From a bacterium (GTDB taxonomy: Bacteria; SAR324; XYD2-FULL-50-16; G965216635): a stretch of 64,000 nt of DNA. The notes beneath the pieces were generated by a model. It was not told the DNA's origin and made no database searches. It saw only the letters and a program-made list of their open reading frames with translations. Made by a program: the position numbers and the translations under genes. Within the stretch, counting starts at the first letter, position 1, and each line of letters begins with the position of its first letter. Location of the stretch: contig OZ244188.1 of assembly GCA_965216635.1 (NCBI GenBank), positions 800,001-864,000 on the forward strand. Direction: 5' to 3'. Positions 1 through 9,900 of the stretch are shown piece by piece.

Positions 1-125
1 GGAATTTGCCCTCTTTTTTCTATATTTTCTCCTCTGGTTTTAGAAGAATAAAGATAAATCAAATAAACATACAAAACTAAAACCATAGAACCTGTCAGCA
101 AAAGATAAAAAAAACTATTTCCCAT
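1..125 (-). CDS. ccoQ: cbb3-type cytochrome c oxidase subunit CcoQ (partial, runs off window)
   Basis: Manual translation MGNSFFYLLLTGSMVLVLYVYLIYLYSSKTRGENIEKRGQI; single TM helix; directly after ccoO. Confidence 0.75.
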   Translation of the reverse strand, partial: MGNSFFYLLLTGSMVLVLYVYLIYLYSSKTRGENIEKRGQI

Positions 126-128
126 AAT

Positions 129-794
129 CTATTTTAGTCGGTTTAAATAAGCTATCATAGCAACAATTTCAGGAATTTCACCTTCTTCTACCATTTGAAT
201 CACCTCCTTAGTGTGCATTTGAGCGGTGATTTTTTTTGCTTCCTTTAATGCTTGTGCCTTAGTTTTATCAAAAGTTGTCAGTTGAGGAAAACCTTCTTGG
301 TTGTAAGGTACGCCAAAAAATTTTTCTATTGTAACCATCTCTGCATAAGCAGTTTCTAAATCTGCTAGGTTTTCAAAAAACCATGGAAAATCAGGCATAA
401 CACTTCCAGGACTTGTTCTTTGTGCATCTTTAAAATGCACCTCGTGCCAATCGCTAGAACGGATAAGTCCTATTCGCCAAAGATCGGGACCTATTCTACG
501 AGAACCCCACAAAAAAGGACGATCATAAACATACTCTCCTGAAGTAGAGTATTTACCGTATCTATCTGTTTCAGCCTTAAAAGGACGAATCAGTTGCGAA
601 TGACAGCTGCTGCAGTTTTCTTTAATGTAAATATGTCTGCCAGCTAATTGTAAAGCTGTATAGGGTTGTAAATTTTTTACTGGTTTTGTCTGCTGAGAAA
701 AAGAAGGAATAACTTCTACCATACCACCGACAATAATTGTGCAGAATATCAACAAAGATAACAAAAAAGGATGTTTTTCAATGAATTGAAACAT
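129..794 (-). CDS. ccoO: cbb3-type cytochrome c oxidase subunit II
   Basis: CSSCH heme motif, SQLIRPF, WGSRRIGPDL; follows ccoN. Confidence 0.97.
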   Translation of the reverse strand: MFQFIEKHPFLLSLLIFCTIIVGGMVEVIPSFSQQTKPVKNLQPYTALQLAGRHIYIKENCSSCHSQLIRPFKAETDRYGKYSTSGEYVYDRPFLWGSRRIGPDLWRIGLIRSSDWHEVHFKDAQRTSPGSVMPDFPWFFENLADLETAYAEMVTIEKFFGVPYNQEGFPQLTTFDKTKAQALKEAKKITAQMHTKEVIQMVEEGEIPEIVAMIAYLNRLK

Positions 795-803
795 TTTTAA
801 TTT

Positions 804-2222
804 TTAGTTAGATGTTTTTGGATTACCAGCATAAGAAATAGTTTTCACAATATTATAAAAAAACAGCAAAAAACCAATCAAATACAGAGTTCCACCAACT
901 CCACGTGCTATCCAATAGGGTTTAATAGCCAAAACTGTATCCAAAAACGAATAAACAAGGTTGCCATATTTATCTACAGCCCTCCACTGCAACCCTTGAG
1001 CTATTCCGCCAATCCAAAGAGCGATCATATAGATAGCAATCCCTCCTATTTGAAGCCAAAACTGCCATTCTGCAATTTTATTAGAATAAAGTGAAGTTCG
1101 CCACATTCTAGGAACAATAAGATAAATGGTACCTATACCTATAAATCCAACCCAACCGAGAGCACCGCTATGGACATGTCCTATAATCCAATCGGTAAAA
1201 TGAGCCAAAGCATTAACAGACTTGATTGCCTGCATAGAGCCTTCTAGGGTAGCCAATCCGTAAAAGACCACACCTAATATCAAAAATTTCAATACAGGGT
1301 CTACTTTTAATTGATTCCATCTTCCACTCATCGTAAAAAGTAAATTGATAACCGCTGTCCAAGAAGGCACAAGGAGCATAATAGAAAAAACAGAACCTAG
1401 CGTTTGAATCCAATCAGGGAGAGTGGAATAAATTAAATGATGAGGTCCCGCCCAAAGATAAATAAAAATCAAACTCCAAAAAGATAACAAAGTTAGCCGA
1501 TAAGAATAGATAGGCTGGTTACAACTCTTCGGGATAGAATAATAAGCACAACCCAAAATAGGCACAGTCAATACAAAAGCTACTGCATTATGTCCCCACC
1601 ACCATTGTACATTGGCGTCATTTGCTCCAGAATAGATGGAGACGGCGTGAGTCCATTTTCCCATACCTCCAAACCAGCTAACAGGAAGAGCCGCATTATT
1701 GAAAATATAAAGCATTCCTACTCCCAAAAAAGTTGCGATAAAAAACCAGATAGAAATATAAAGAGTTTTTTCTTTGCGAGCCGCACACATAGCAAAAATA
1801 TGCACACCCCAGCTCAACCACATAACAACCACTAAAATATCTATGGGCCATTGCAATTCAGCGTATTCTTTAGATGAAGAAATCCCTAAAGGAAGCGAGA
1901 CAACAGCGAGAACGATAATGAGATTGTAAAGAATGAAATGAAACCAAGCGAGTTTTGGAAAGACTATTTTTACCTTGAGCAGTCTTTGGGAAATGTAATA
2001 CCAAGTAGCAAAAATAAAAGATAAAGTAAAACCATAAATCACTCCATTGGTATGCAGCGGTCGTAAGCGATTGAAAGTCAGCCAAGCGACATCGCCCGTA
2101 ATGTTCGGGAAAACTAAAGAAAAAGCTATCCAAACCCCTATCAACATTCCTGCTACTCCCCAAACCAGAGCAGAAAGCACAAAACCCTTGGCTACACCGT
2201 AATCATATTCTAGTTCTTTCAT
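804..2222 (-). CDS. ccoN: cbb3-type cytochrome c oxidase subunit I
   Basis: RLRPLHTNGVIYGF, QWWWGHNAV, WAGPHH, GHVHSG motifs; many TM helices. Confidence 0.98.
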   Translation of the reverse strand: MKELEYDYGVAKGFVLSALVWGVAGMLIGVWIAFSLVFPNITGDVAWLTFNRLRPLHTNGVIYGFTLSFIFATWYYISQRLLKVKIVFPKLAWFHFILYNLIIVLAVVSLPLGISSSKEYAELQWPIDILVVVMWLSWGVHIFAMCAARKEKTLYISIWFFIATFLGVGMLYIFNNAALPVSWFGGMGKWTHAVSIYSGANDANVQWWWGHNAVAFVLTVPILGCAYYSIPKSCNQPIYSYRLTLLSFWSLIFIYLWAGPHHLIYSTLPDWIQTLGSVFSIMLLVPSWTAVINLLFTMSGRWNQLKVDPVLKFLILGVVFYGLATLEGSMQAIKSVNALAHFTDWIIGHVHSGALGWVGFIGIGTIYLIVPRMWRTSLYSNKIAEWQFWLQIGGIAIYMIALWIGGIAQGLQWRAVDKYGNLVYSFLDTVLAIKPYWIARGVGGTLYLIGFLLFFYNIVKTISYAGNPKTSN

Positions 2223-2228
2223 AAATTT

Positions 2229-2296
2229 ATAGCTTTTTGAATTTGCTTACCAAAGTTTAGCCAAAACAAGTTTATTGTTTTTACGCCAATACAGGC
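2229..2296. repeat. Degenerate end of the palindromic MITE-like element
   Basis: tagctttttgaatttgcttaccaaagtttagccaaaacaagtttattg resembles the element ends at 50332 and 52728. Confidence 0.55.
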
Positions 2297-2475
2297 ACAA
2301 ACTAAAAAGATACAGGCACAAGCTAAAAGATCAAAATAACCATGTATAAAAAATTGGCAACTTGTTTTTTATTAGGGCATAAGGCTAAGAATAAGCTTAT
2401 ATTCCACTACGATTTATTTTCAATGGGGCACCGCGAGTTCACTTCCTTCTTTTGCACGGTGCCTATACAACTCTG

Positions 2476-3864
2476 TTAAAAGCGCCAAAGCAGGGAAATG
2501 CTGAAGACTACGGGGGCTTTGATTTCGGCTTCTATCTTCTGCGTTGCTGGAATTGTGACTTCTTGTATTTCCACATCTCGGCTACGGAATTGGGTTGCTT
2601 CTATTCTGTTATCACTACCCCCCTGACGATGACGAAAGCCATTTTGATTTGCACCTGTTCCCGTTCCCAACCTACCCACACGCACACTCGCCACACCAAT
2701 CGTTGCTTTATTACTATCTTTTTTACCGATTTCAATCTGTGTTTCGCTAAAAGTTCTGCCAGTGGTAATCGGAGCAGAAGCTGGAGTAGAACCGCTCAGA
2801 GAAATACCTGAGATATACTTTGTCAAGCTAATATTAAAGAATAGGTTGGGAGTTAAGTTCTCCTTATAGCCTACCGTGATCACGGGACTAGTAGCCGAAG
2901 CACTAGTAGAGCCATTGGTAAGCTTCATACTCGCTAGACCGCCTCCTACAAACAATTCCTCGTGGAAAAAATACTCCGCCATCACCACTGTATTGACGAG
3001 CTCGTTAGCTCCACCTTTGCCAGTAAAGTGAGTCAAGGAGGCTCTCCATTTTTCACCTCGCCAGCCGAATTGCAGACCAACACCTTTGATTTCATCGCTT
3101 TCTGTATTGGTGACGGATGCTGAAGGCGAATCTGCAGTTACAGAATAAGCAGAAAAAATAATAGTTTCTCTGTCGGAGGAAAGATCACCATAAAAGTATC
3201 TCTCGCAATGGGATTTTGGATATAATCCAGTGTCAGTGTCCAACAATCCTACAAGAAAGCTTATAGTAGGACTTGATCTAGTTACGGTAGCATCATTCTT
3301 TGCACCAGAATCAAAGGAATCAAAGTTTTGGCGAAAATAGTATTCTCCATCTCCAGCTATATCAATACTTATGTCGCTTCCTTCACAGTTTTTCTCCACT
3401 AAAGTTCTGATTCCTGTTATTGTAAGTGCTTGAGCGAAAGGATTCCCACCGGTTGCGTCTATTCCAGTTTCGTAGTTTGAATAGTTGCCAGTGATTCTAT
3501 AGCCAGCAGAGCTTGTGCTAGTTTTTGTGGTATCTACCCCGAAACCTTGCAGATAAACAATACCCGCGAAAAATCCCTGTTTTGTGCTAACGCTGCTCTG
3601 ATCATTGAGGCTCTGTGCTTGCAGATTACCTACAAATAGCAAACTCAACAAAACCGCACCTAGCAATACAACGCCATTCCATTTGAAGCCAGCCCATTGT
3701 CTAGCCCATTGAAAACCAGCCCATTGTCTAGCCCATTGAAAACCAGCCCGTTGATTAGCCCATTGAAAACCAGCCCGTTGTCTAGCCCGTTGGTTAAATT
3801 GGGCTACTTTTGTCTCACAATTTTTAAGAGCGTTTTTTAACGCTCTTTTTGTTACTTCTTGCAT
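2476..3864 (-). CDS. Predicted outer-membrane beta-barrel protein with hypervariable loops, array A paralog 1
   Basis: Extended signal peptide ending LQA-Q, amphipathic strands, C-terminal LLWRF; constant blocks shared with both neighbours. Confidence 0.8.
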   Translation of the reverse strand: MQEVTKRALKNALKNCETKVAQFNQRARQRAGFQWANQRAGFQWARQWAGFQWARQWAGFKWNGVVLLGAVLLSLLFVGNLQAQSLNDQSSVSTKQGFFAGIVYLQGFGVDTTKTSTSSAGYRITGNYSNYETGIDATGGNPFAQALTITGIRTLVEKNCEGSDISIDIAGDGEYYFRQNFDSFDSGAKNDATVTRSSPTISFLVGLLDTDTGLYPKSHCERYFYGDLSSDRETIIFSAYSVTADSPSASVTNTESDEIKGVGLQFGWRGEKWRASLTHFTGKGGANELVNTVVMAEYFFHEELFVGGGLASMKLTNGSTSASATSPVITVGYKENLTPNLFFNISLTKYISGISLSGSTPASAPITTGRTFSETQIEIGKKDSNKATIGVASVRVGRLGTGTGANQNGFRHRQGGSDNRIEATQFRSRDVEIQEVTIPATQKIEAEIKAPVVFSISLLWRF

Positions 3865-3971
3865 AATAATATTTAATAAAGGTTAGAAGAGATTAAAATT
3901 AGAAATATAACTGAAAAAAAATTAAAATCAAATAAAAAAAAAGAATTTTGCATTTTTTTTCAACAATTCTG

Positions 3972-5324
3972 TTAAAAGCGCCACAGCAGGGAAATGCTGA
4001 CGACTACGGGGGCTTTGATTTCGGCATCGGTTTTCTGCGTTGCTGGAATTGTGACTTCTTCTATTTCCACATCTCGGCGGCGGACTTGGGTTGCTTCTAT
4101 TCTTTGATCTTTGTTAGTTCTATTTTTATCATAGTTGAAGTTTGCTCCCGCAGTTGCGCCATTAATAACAAAAAAAGCTTCTTCCAAACCAATCGTTGCC
4201 TTATGACTATCTAATTTACCGCGTTCAGTCTGTGTTTCGCTAAAAGTTCTGCCAGTGGGAATCCGAGCTGGAGGAGTAGTAGAACGGCTCAGAGAAATAC
4301 CCGAGATATACTTTGTCAAGCTAATATTAAAGAATAGGTTGGGAGTTAAGTTCTCCTTATAGCCTACTTGAATCACGGGGCTAGTAGCCGAGGCGCTGGT
4401 TGATCCACTGGTTGAGCTATTGGTAAGCTTCATACTCGCTAGACCGCCTCCTACAAAAAATTCCTCGTGAAAAAAATAATCCGCCATCACTACTGTATTG
4501 ACGAACTCGTTAGCTCCACCTTTGCCAGTGAAGTGAGTCAAGGAGGCTCTCCATTTTTCCCACCTAAAGCCGAATTGCAGACCAACACCTTTGATTTCAT
4601 CGCTTTCTGTATTGGTGACGGATGCTGAAGGCGAATCTGGAGTCGCTATCTCATAGGCAGAAAACACAATAGGGGTTCGTCCATTGGAAAGATCACCATA
4701 AAAGTATCTGTAACAATGGGATGTTTGATTAACCTTCTTTCCTGTACGAAAGAGATTACCATTAGTATCCAACTTATTTACAGTAGCATCCCCAGAATCA
4801 AGCTGAACTTGAGTTGGCTTTTTGCCTTCAGTAAAGGAAGAAAAATAATCTGGTGATATAGTATTTTCAGCATTTACACCATTTGTTGAGCCACTTTCAC
4901 AGTTTGCTGATAGTAAAGCATATACTATAAGCCTTGTTATCCCTGTTAGATTTGGGTTTTCTAGAGTACCATTATCCCAATAAGGATTTCCACCAGTTAA
5001 ATCTATTCTAGAGGTTGCGTCTCCATAGCCATTGATTCTATAGCTAGTAGAGGTTGTGCTAGTTTTTGTGGTATCTACTCCGAATCCTTGTAGATAAACA
5101 ATACCAGCAAAAAATCCCTGTTTTGTGCTAGCGCTGCTCTGAGCATTGGGGCTTTGTGCTTGCAGACTGCTTACAAATAGCAAACTCAACAAAATCGCAC
5201 CTAGCAATACAACAGCATTCCATTGGAAGCCAGCCCGTTGTCTAGCCCATTGATTAAATTGAGCTACTTTTGTCTTATAATTTTTAAGAGACGTTTTTAA
5301 CGCTCTTTTTGATACTTCGTTCAT
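3972..5324 (-). CDS. Predicted outer-membrane beta-barrel protein, array A paralog 2
   Basis: Same constant blocks (TKQGFFAGIVYLQGFG; EKWRASLTHF; ISLLWRF). Confidence 0.8.
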   Translation of the reverse strand: MNEVSKRALKTSLKNYKTKVAQFNQWARQRAGFQWNAVVLLGAILLSLLFVSSLQAQSPNAQSSASTKQGFFAGIVYLQGFGVDTTKTSTTSTSYRINGYGDATSRIDLTGGNPYWDNGTLENPNLTGITRLIVYALLSANCESGSTNGVNAENTISPDYFSSFTEGKKPTQVQLDSGDATVNKLDTNGNLFRTGKKVNQTSHCYRYFYGDLSNGRTPIVFSAYEIATPDSPSASVTNTESDEIKGVGLQFGFRWEKWRASLTHFTGKGGANEFVNTVVMADYFFHEEFFVGGGLASMKLTNSSTSGSTSASATSPVIQVGYKENLTPNLFFNISLTKYISGISLSRSTTPPARIPTGRTFSETQTERGKLDSHKATIGLEEAFFVINGATAGANFNYDKNRTNKDQRIEATQVRRRDVEIEEVTIPATQKTDAEIKAPVVVSISLLWRF

Positions 5325-5432
5325 AATTTATTTAATTTGAGGTTAATAAAGTGAAACTGAATAAAACGTAACAGAAAAAAAATTAAAATCAAATAAAAAA
5401 AAAGAATTTTGCATTTTTTTTCAACAATTCTG

Positions 5433-6749
5433 TTAAAAGCGCCACAGCAGGGAAATGCTGACGACTACGGGGGCTTTGATTTCGGCTTCTATCTTCTGCG
5501 TTGCTGGAGTTTCAACTTCTTGTATTTCCACATCTCTTGTGCGGACTTGGGTTGCTTCTATTCTTTTATCAAAATTTGGGTTATTGTAAAATAATTGTGA
5601 TGCCATGTTGCTGAGTGGTCCTGTAAAGTCTAAGCCAATCGTTGCTTTATGACTATCTTTACCGATTTCAATCTGTGTTTCGCTAAAAGTTTTGCCAGTG
5701 GGAATCGGAGCAGAAACTGTACGGTTTAGAGAAATACCCTTGAGATACTTTGTCAAGCTAATATTAAAGAATAGGTTGGGAGTTAAGTTCTCCTTATAGC
5801 CTACTTGAACCACGGGACTAGTAGCCGAGGCACTAGTTGAGCCATTGGTAAGTTTCATACTCGCTAGACCGCCTCCTACAAAAAACTCCTCGTGGAAAAA
5901 GTAATCCGCCATTACCACTGTATTGACTAGCTCGTTAGCTCCACCCTTGCCAGTAAAGTGAGTCAAGGAGGCTCTCCATTTTTCCCCTCGCCAGCCGAAT
6001 TGCAAACCGACACCGTTGAGTGCGTCGCTCTCTGTGTTGGGAGTTGTTGTTGAAGGAGAATCTGGAGTCGCTATCTCATAAGCAGAAAACTTGATTTCGG
6101 GAAGGTTATCAAAGTAAGTTTTACAATAGGATGTTTCTCCAGTTGTCAATCCTGTACGAAAGTTTCTACTAAGAATATTCTCATTAAGAAAAGTTACAGT
6201 AGCATCTCCAGCAACAATCTCATCTTTAGTAGGTTTTGCACCAGGATCGAAGGTAGAAAAGAAATTGCTATTCACAGAGTAATTCCCATTTGAATCAACA
6301 CTTGTTTCGTTTCTTTCACAGTTTGCTTCCATTAAAGTCCTTATTCCAGTCTTGGTTGCGGAATCTAAATTAAAGGGTATAGAAATTGATACTCCACTGG
6401 TTTCGTCTCCATAGCCGCTGATTCTATAGCCAGTAGAAGAGTTTGTGCTAGTTTTTGTGGTATCTACTCCGAAACCTTGTAAATAGACAATACCCGCGAA
6501 AAATCCCTGTTTTGTGCTAACGCTGCTCTGACCATTGGGGCTTTGTGCTTGCAGATTACCTACAAATAGCAAACTCAACAAAATCGCACCTAGCAATAAC
6601 GCCCCACGAAAACTCGCCCGTTGAAAACCCGCCCATTGAAAACCAGCCCGTTGATTAGCCCATTGATTAGCCCATTGATTAGATCGAGCTACTTTTGTCT
6701 CACAATTTTTAAGAGACGTTTTTAACGCTCTTTTTGATATTTCGTTCAT
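5433..6749 (-). CDS. Predicted outer-membrane beta-barrel protein, array A paralog 3
   Basis: Same constant blocks, different loops. Confidence 0.8.
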   Translation of the reverse strand: MNEISKRALKTSLKNCETKVARSNQWANQWANQRAGFQWAGFQRASFRGALLLGAILLSLLFVGNLQAQSPNGQSSVSTKQGFFAGIVYLQGFGVDTTKTSTNSSTGYRISGYGDETSGVSISIPFNLDSATKTGIRTLMEANCERNETSVDSNGNYSVNSNFFSTFDPGAKPTKDEIVAGDATVTFLNENILSRNFRTGLTTGETSYCKTYFDNLPEIKFSAYEIATPDSPSTTTPNTESDALNGVGLQFGWRGEKWRASLTHFTGKGGANELVNTVVMADYFFHEEFFVGGGLASMKLTNGSTSASATSPVVQVGYKENLTPNLFFNISLTKYLKGISLNRTVSAPIPTGKTFSETQIEIGKDSHKATIGLDFTGPLSNMASQLFYNNPNFDKRIEATQVRTRDVEIQEVETPATQKIEAEIKAPVVVSISLLWRF

Positions 6750-6899
6750 AGTTTTTGTTAATTTAAGGTTAATGAAATGAAATCAAATAAAACATAACAT
6801 AAAAAAAATAAAAAAGAAAATAAAAAAAGAGTATTTTTTATTTTTTTTTTAACATTTCCCTAGTCTAGCCAAATATAACATTCAAATTATTAGTTTAGC

Positions 6900-6948
6900 T
6901 AGACTTTACCAAAGTCTAGCCAAAACATAACGCAAATTCAAAAGTCTA
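6900..6948. repeat. Partial MITE-like element overlapping the ileS stop codon
   Basis: ctagccaaaacataacgcaaattcaaaagtcta matches the element end. Confidence 0.65.
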
Positions 6949-9900
6949 GCTTACTGATACCAAAATAATACTCTTCTTCTCCAATAATGATAGGTTGTAG
7001 GTTTTTGTCTTTGCTTTCTGTTTCTAGTTCTGTGATTTTTTCGCTAAGAGTTTCTTGTTTGAGGTAGTCTTCAAAACTACGGATAGCCGTAGAAAGTAGC
7101 TTGTTTTTCACAAATTCTATAGAAATTCTATCGGTTACTTCTAGCCCTGTATCTTTTCTTTTTTGTTGCACTTGTCTTATAAAATCTCGTATCAATCCTT
7201 CTTGCAACAGTTTTTCGTCTAGTTCAACATCTAAAACTACAGTGATATTTTGATAGCTTTCAATGAGTAGGTTGTCTCCGCTACTTTGTCTGTCAAAAAT
7301 CAGGTCTTCTTTGTTTAAGCTAAAAGATTCTTCTTCTACAGAAAAGGAGTAAGTATTTCCTTTATAAATTTCAAAAAGTTCAACGGAAGATATATTCTTT
7401 ATCGCGTGAGAAACTTGCTTCATATGTTTTCCGTAACGTGGTCCCAAAAGTGGCAGGTTGGGTCTTGCACTGAGTTTTACCAGTTTTTCTTCGTTTTCTA
7501 AAAAGGCGACTTCTTTCACATTGAGTTCTTCGCAAATCAGCTCGCTCATACTTTGGACTAGTTTTTTTAAATTTTTTTCAGAGGATACCAACGTAATTTT
7601 AGGCAAAGGTTGTCGTAATCTAATCTCAGATTGTGCCCTAAGTTGTCTACCAAGAGAAACTATTTGAATGATTTTATCCATTTCATCGTTTAGTTTTTCA
7701 TCTATCCAATTTTCATTAGGCTTTGGAAATTCACAAAGATGAACGCTAATAGGTGAACGTTTTTCATCAAGATCTTGTCTTCTGATATTAAAATAAATTT
7801 TTTCTGTTAAAAAAGGTATAAAAGGGGCAAGCACCAAGCATAGTTTTCTTAAAACTTCATAAAGACAGAAATAGGCTTGCTCTTTGTTTTCATAATATTC
7901 TAAATCTGAATTAGCTTTCCAAAAACGGCGACGGTTACAGCGGATATACCAATTTGTAAGTTGGTCAATAAAAACCAAAAAAGGCTGAACAGCACGATTG
8001 ATATCGTAATCGTCCATTGTTTCTCTAACTTGCTTAATAAGACTATGCAGTTTAGAAACAATCCATCTATCTATGTCTTTATGTAAAATATTTTTTAATT
8101 CGTTTTTATCGGTAGGAATTTCCTCTATTTCTATATTCTCATCCGATGTTTTTATAAAAGTATCAAAATCAAGAAGTTTTTGTGGAGTGAAATTATCAAT
8201 TTCAGAGTAGGTTTTATAAAAAACATAAACATTCCACAAAGGGATGAGATAGTTTTTTGCTGTCTCTTTGAGTAGTGCTTCAGAAAAACAATATTCTTCT
8301 GCTTTTACGGCAGCACAATTTAAAAGGTAGAGTCTGATAGCATCCGCTCCGTATTTTGCTATTAACAGATTGGGATCGGGATAATTTTTTAAAGACTTAC
8401 TCATTTTCTTGCCGTCTTCTGCGAGTAGCAATCCACTGACAATAATGTTTTTAAAAGCACATTTTCCAAAAAGAGCGTTGCTTAAAACAATGAGAGTATA
8501 AAACCAGCCTCGTGTCTGGTCTAATCCTTCGCTGATAAAATCGGCGGGAAAAGCTTTGTCAAATTTTTCCTTATTCTCATACGGATAGTGCTCCTGTCCG
8601 TAAGGCATAGATCCCGATTCAAACCAACAGTCCAAAACTTCGCTTGTTCTTCGCATGATCTTTTGGCACTTAGGACAAGGAAAAGTTAAGTCATCAATAA
8701 AGTGGCGATGGAGATCTGTGATTTTTTTACCTGTTTTTTCTTCTAGCTCTTGTCTACTTCCCAAACATTCTTTTTCTCCGCAAAATTCACAAATCCAAAC
8801 AGGAATGGGAGTTCCCCAATAGCGATTGCGACTAATAGACCAATCTTTGGCTGATTCTAGCCATTTACCCATTCTGCCATTTTTGATGTGTTCGGGTTTC
8901 CAGTGGACTGATTGGTTGTTTTTCAGCATCGTTTCTTTAAATTCTGTTACTGCGACAAACCAGCTAGGAATAGCCCGATAGATAAGGGGAGTATCGCTAC
9001 GCCAACAAAAAGGATAACTATGTTCAATAGTGCTTTGGTGAAATAAAAAACCTGCTTTTTTAAGAGCTGTCATAATCGGTTTGTCTGCGTCTTTGAAATA
9101 AAGCCCTTGAAGATTGAGTTTTTTGGCAGATACAGTTTCATCAAAATAGCCACTAGAATTTAATGGTAAAACTTCGGGCAGGTTGTGTTTTTTCCCTATT
9201 TCAAAATCGTCTTCTCCAAACATAGGGGCACAATGAACTATTCCAGTTCCTGATTCTTCGCTAACAAAATCACCGTCAAAAATTTGAAAAGCGTTTTGTG
9301 TCCTATATTTTTCAAAATAAGGAAATACTGGTTTGTATTTTTCTCCTAGCAATTCAGCACCCAGCATTGTAGCTTTAATTTCAAAATTTTCCTTGAAATA
9401 TTTGGGAACTAAAGATTCGGCTAGATAGTAAAATTTTTCTTTGCTTGCTACTTTGGCGTATCGGATTTTTGGATGGACGCTCAAAGCTAGATTGGAAGGA
9501 ATAGTCCAAGGAGTTGTTGTCCAAGCTAAAAAATATTCGTTCTCGCAATGTTCATTTTTGTGGGCTAGTTTTTGAAAAGCAACCACAATGGAAGGGTCTT
9601 GCACATTTTTATAACCAAGATTGACCTCAAAATTAGAAAGAGGAGTGTGCAATCTTGTGCTGTAAGCGAGGATTTTGCTACCTTGATAAATGAGTTTTTT
9701 TTCCCAAAGTCTTTTGAAAACCCACCAGATAGATTCCATAAAATTCAAATCCATAGTCTTGTAGGGATTTTCTAAATCCGCCCAGCGTCCCATCCTCTTT
9801 ACATTTTTTTTCCATTCTTCAGTGTAGCGTAAAACAATGCTACGGCAGTATTCGTTGAACTTCGCTATCCCCATTTTTTCTATATCTTGCTTGCCTTTCA

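Noticed and set aside
2290..2331. Two-copy about 21-bp repeat upstream of ccoN
   Set aside because: Adjoins an eroded MITE; probably slippage, no recognisable regulator site
2452..5594. Three similar plus-strand ORFs (2452, 3948, 5409)
   Set aside because: Antisense shadows of the conserved 3' ends of array A genes
2476..6749. Diversity-generating retroelement targets
   Set aside because: No reverse transcriptase or template repeat in the window; variation includes indels and all bases, not only adenines
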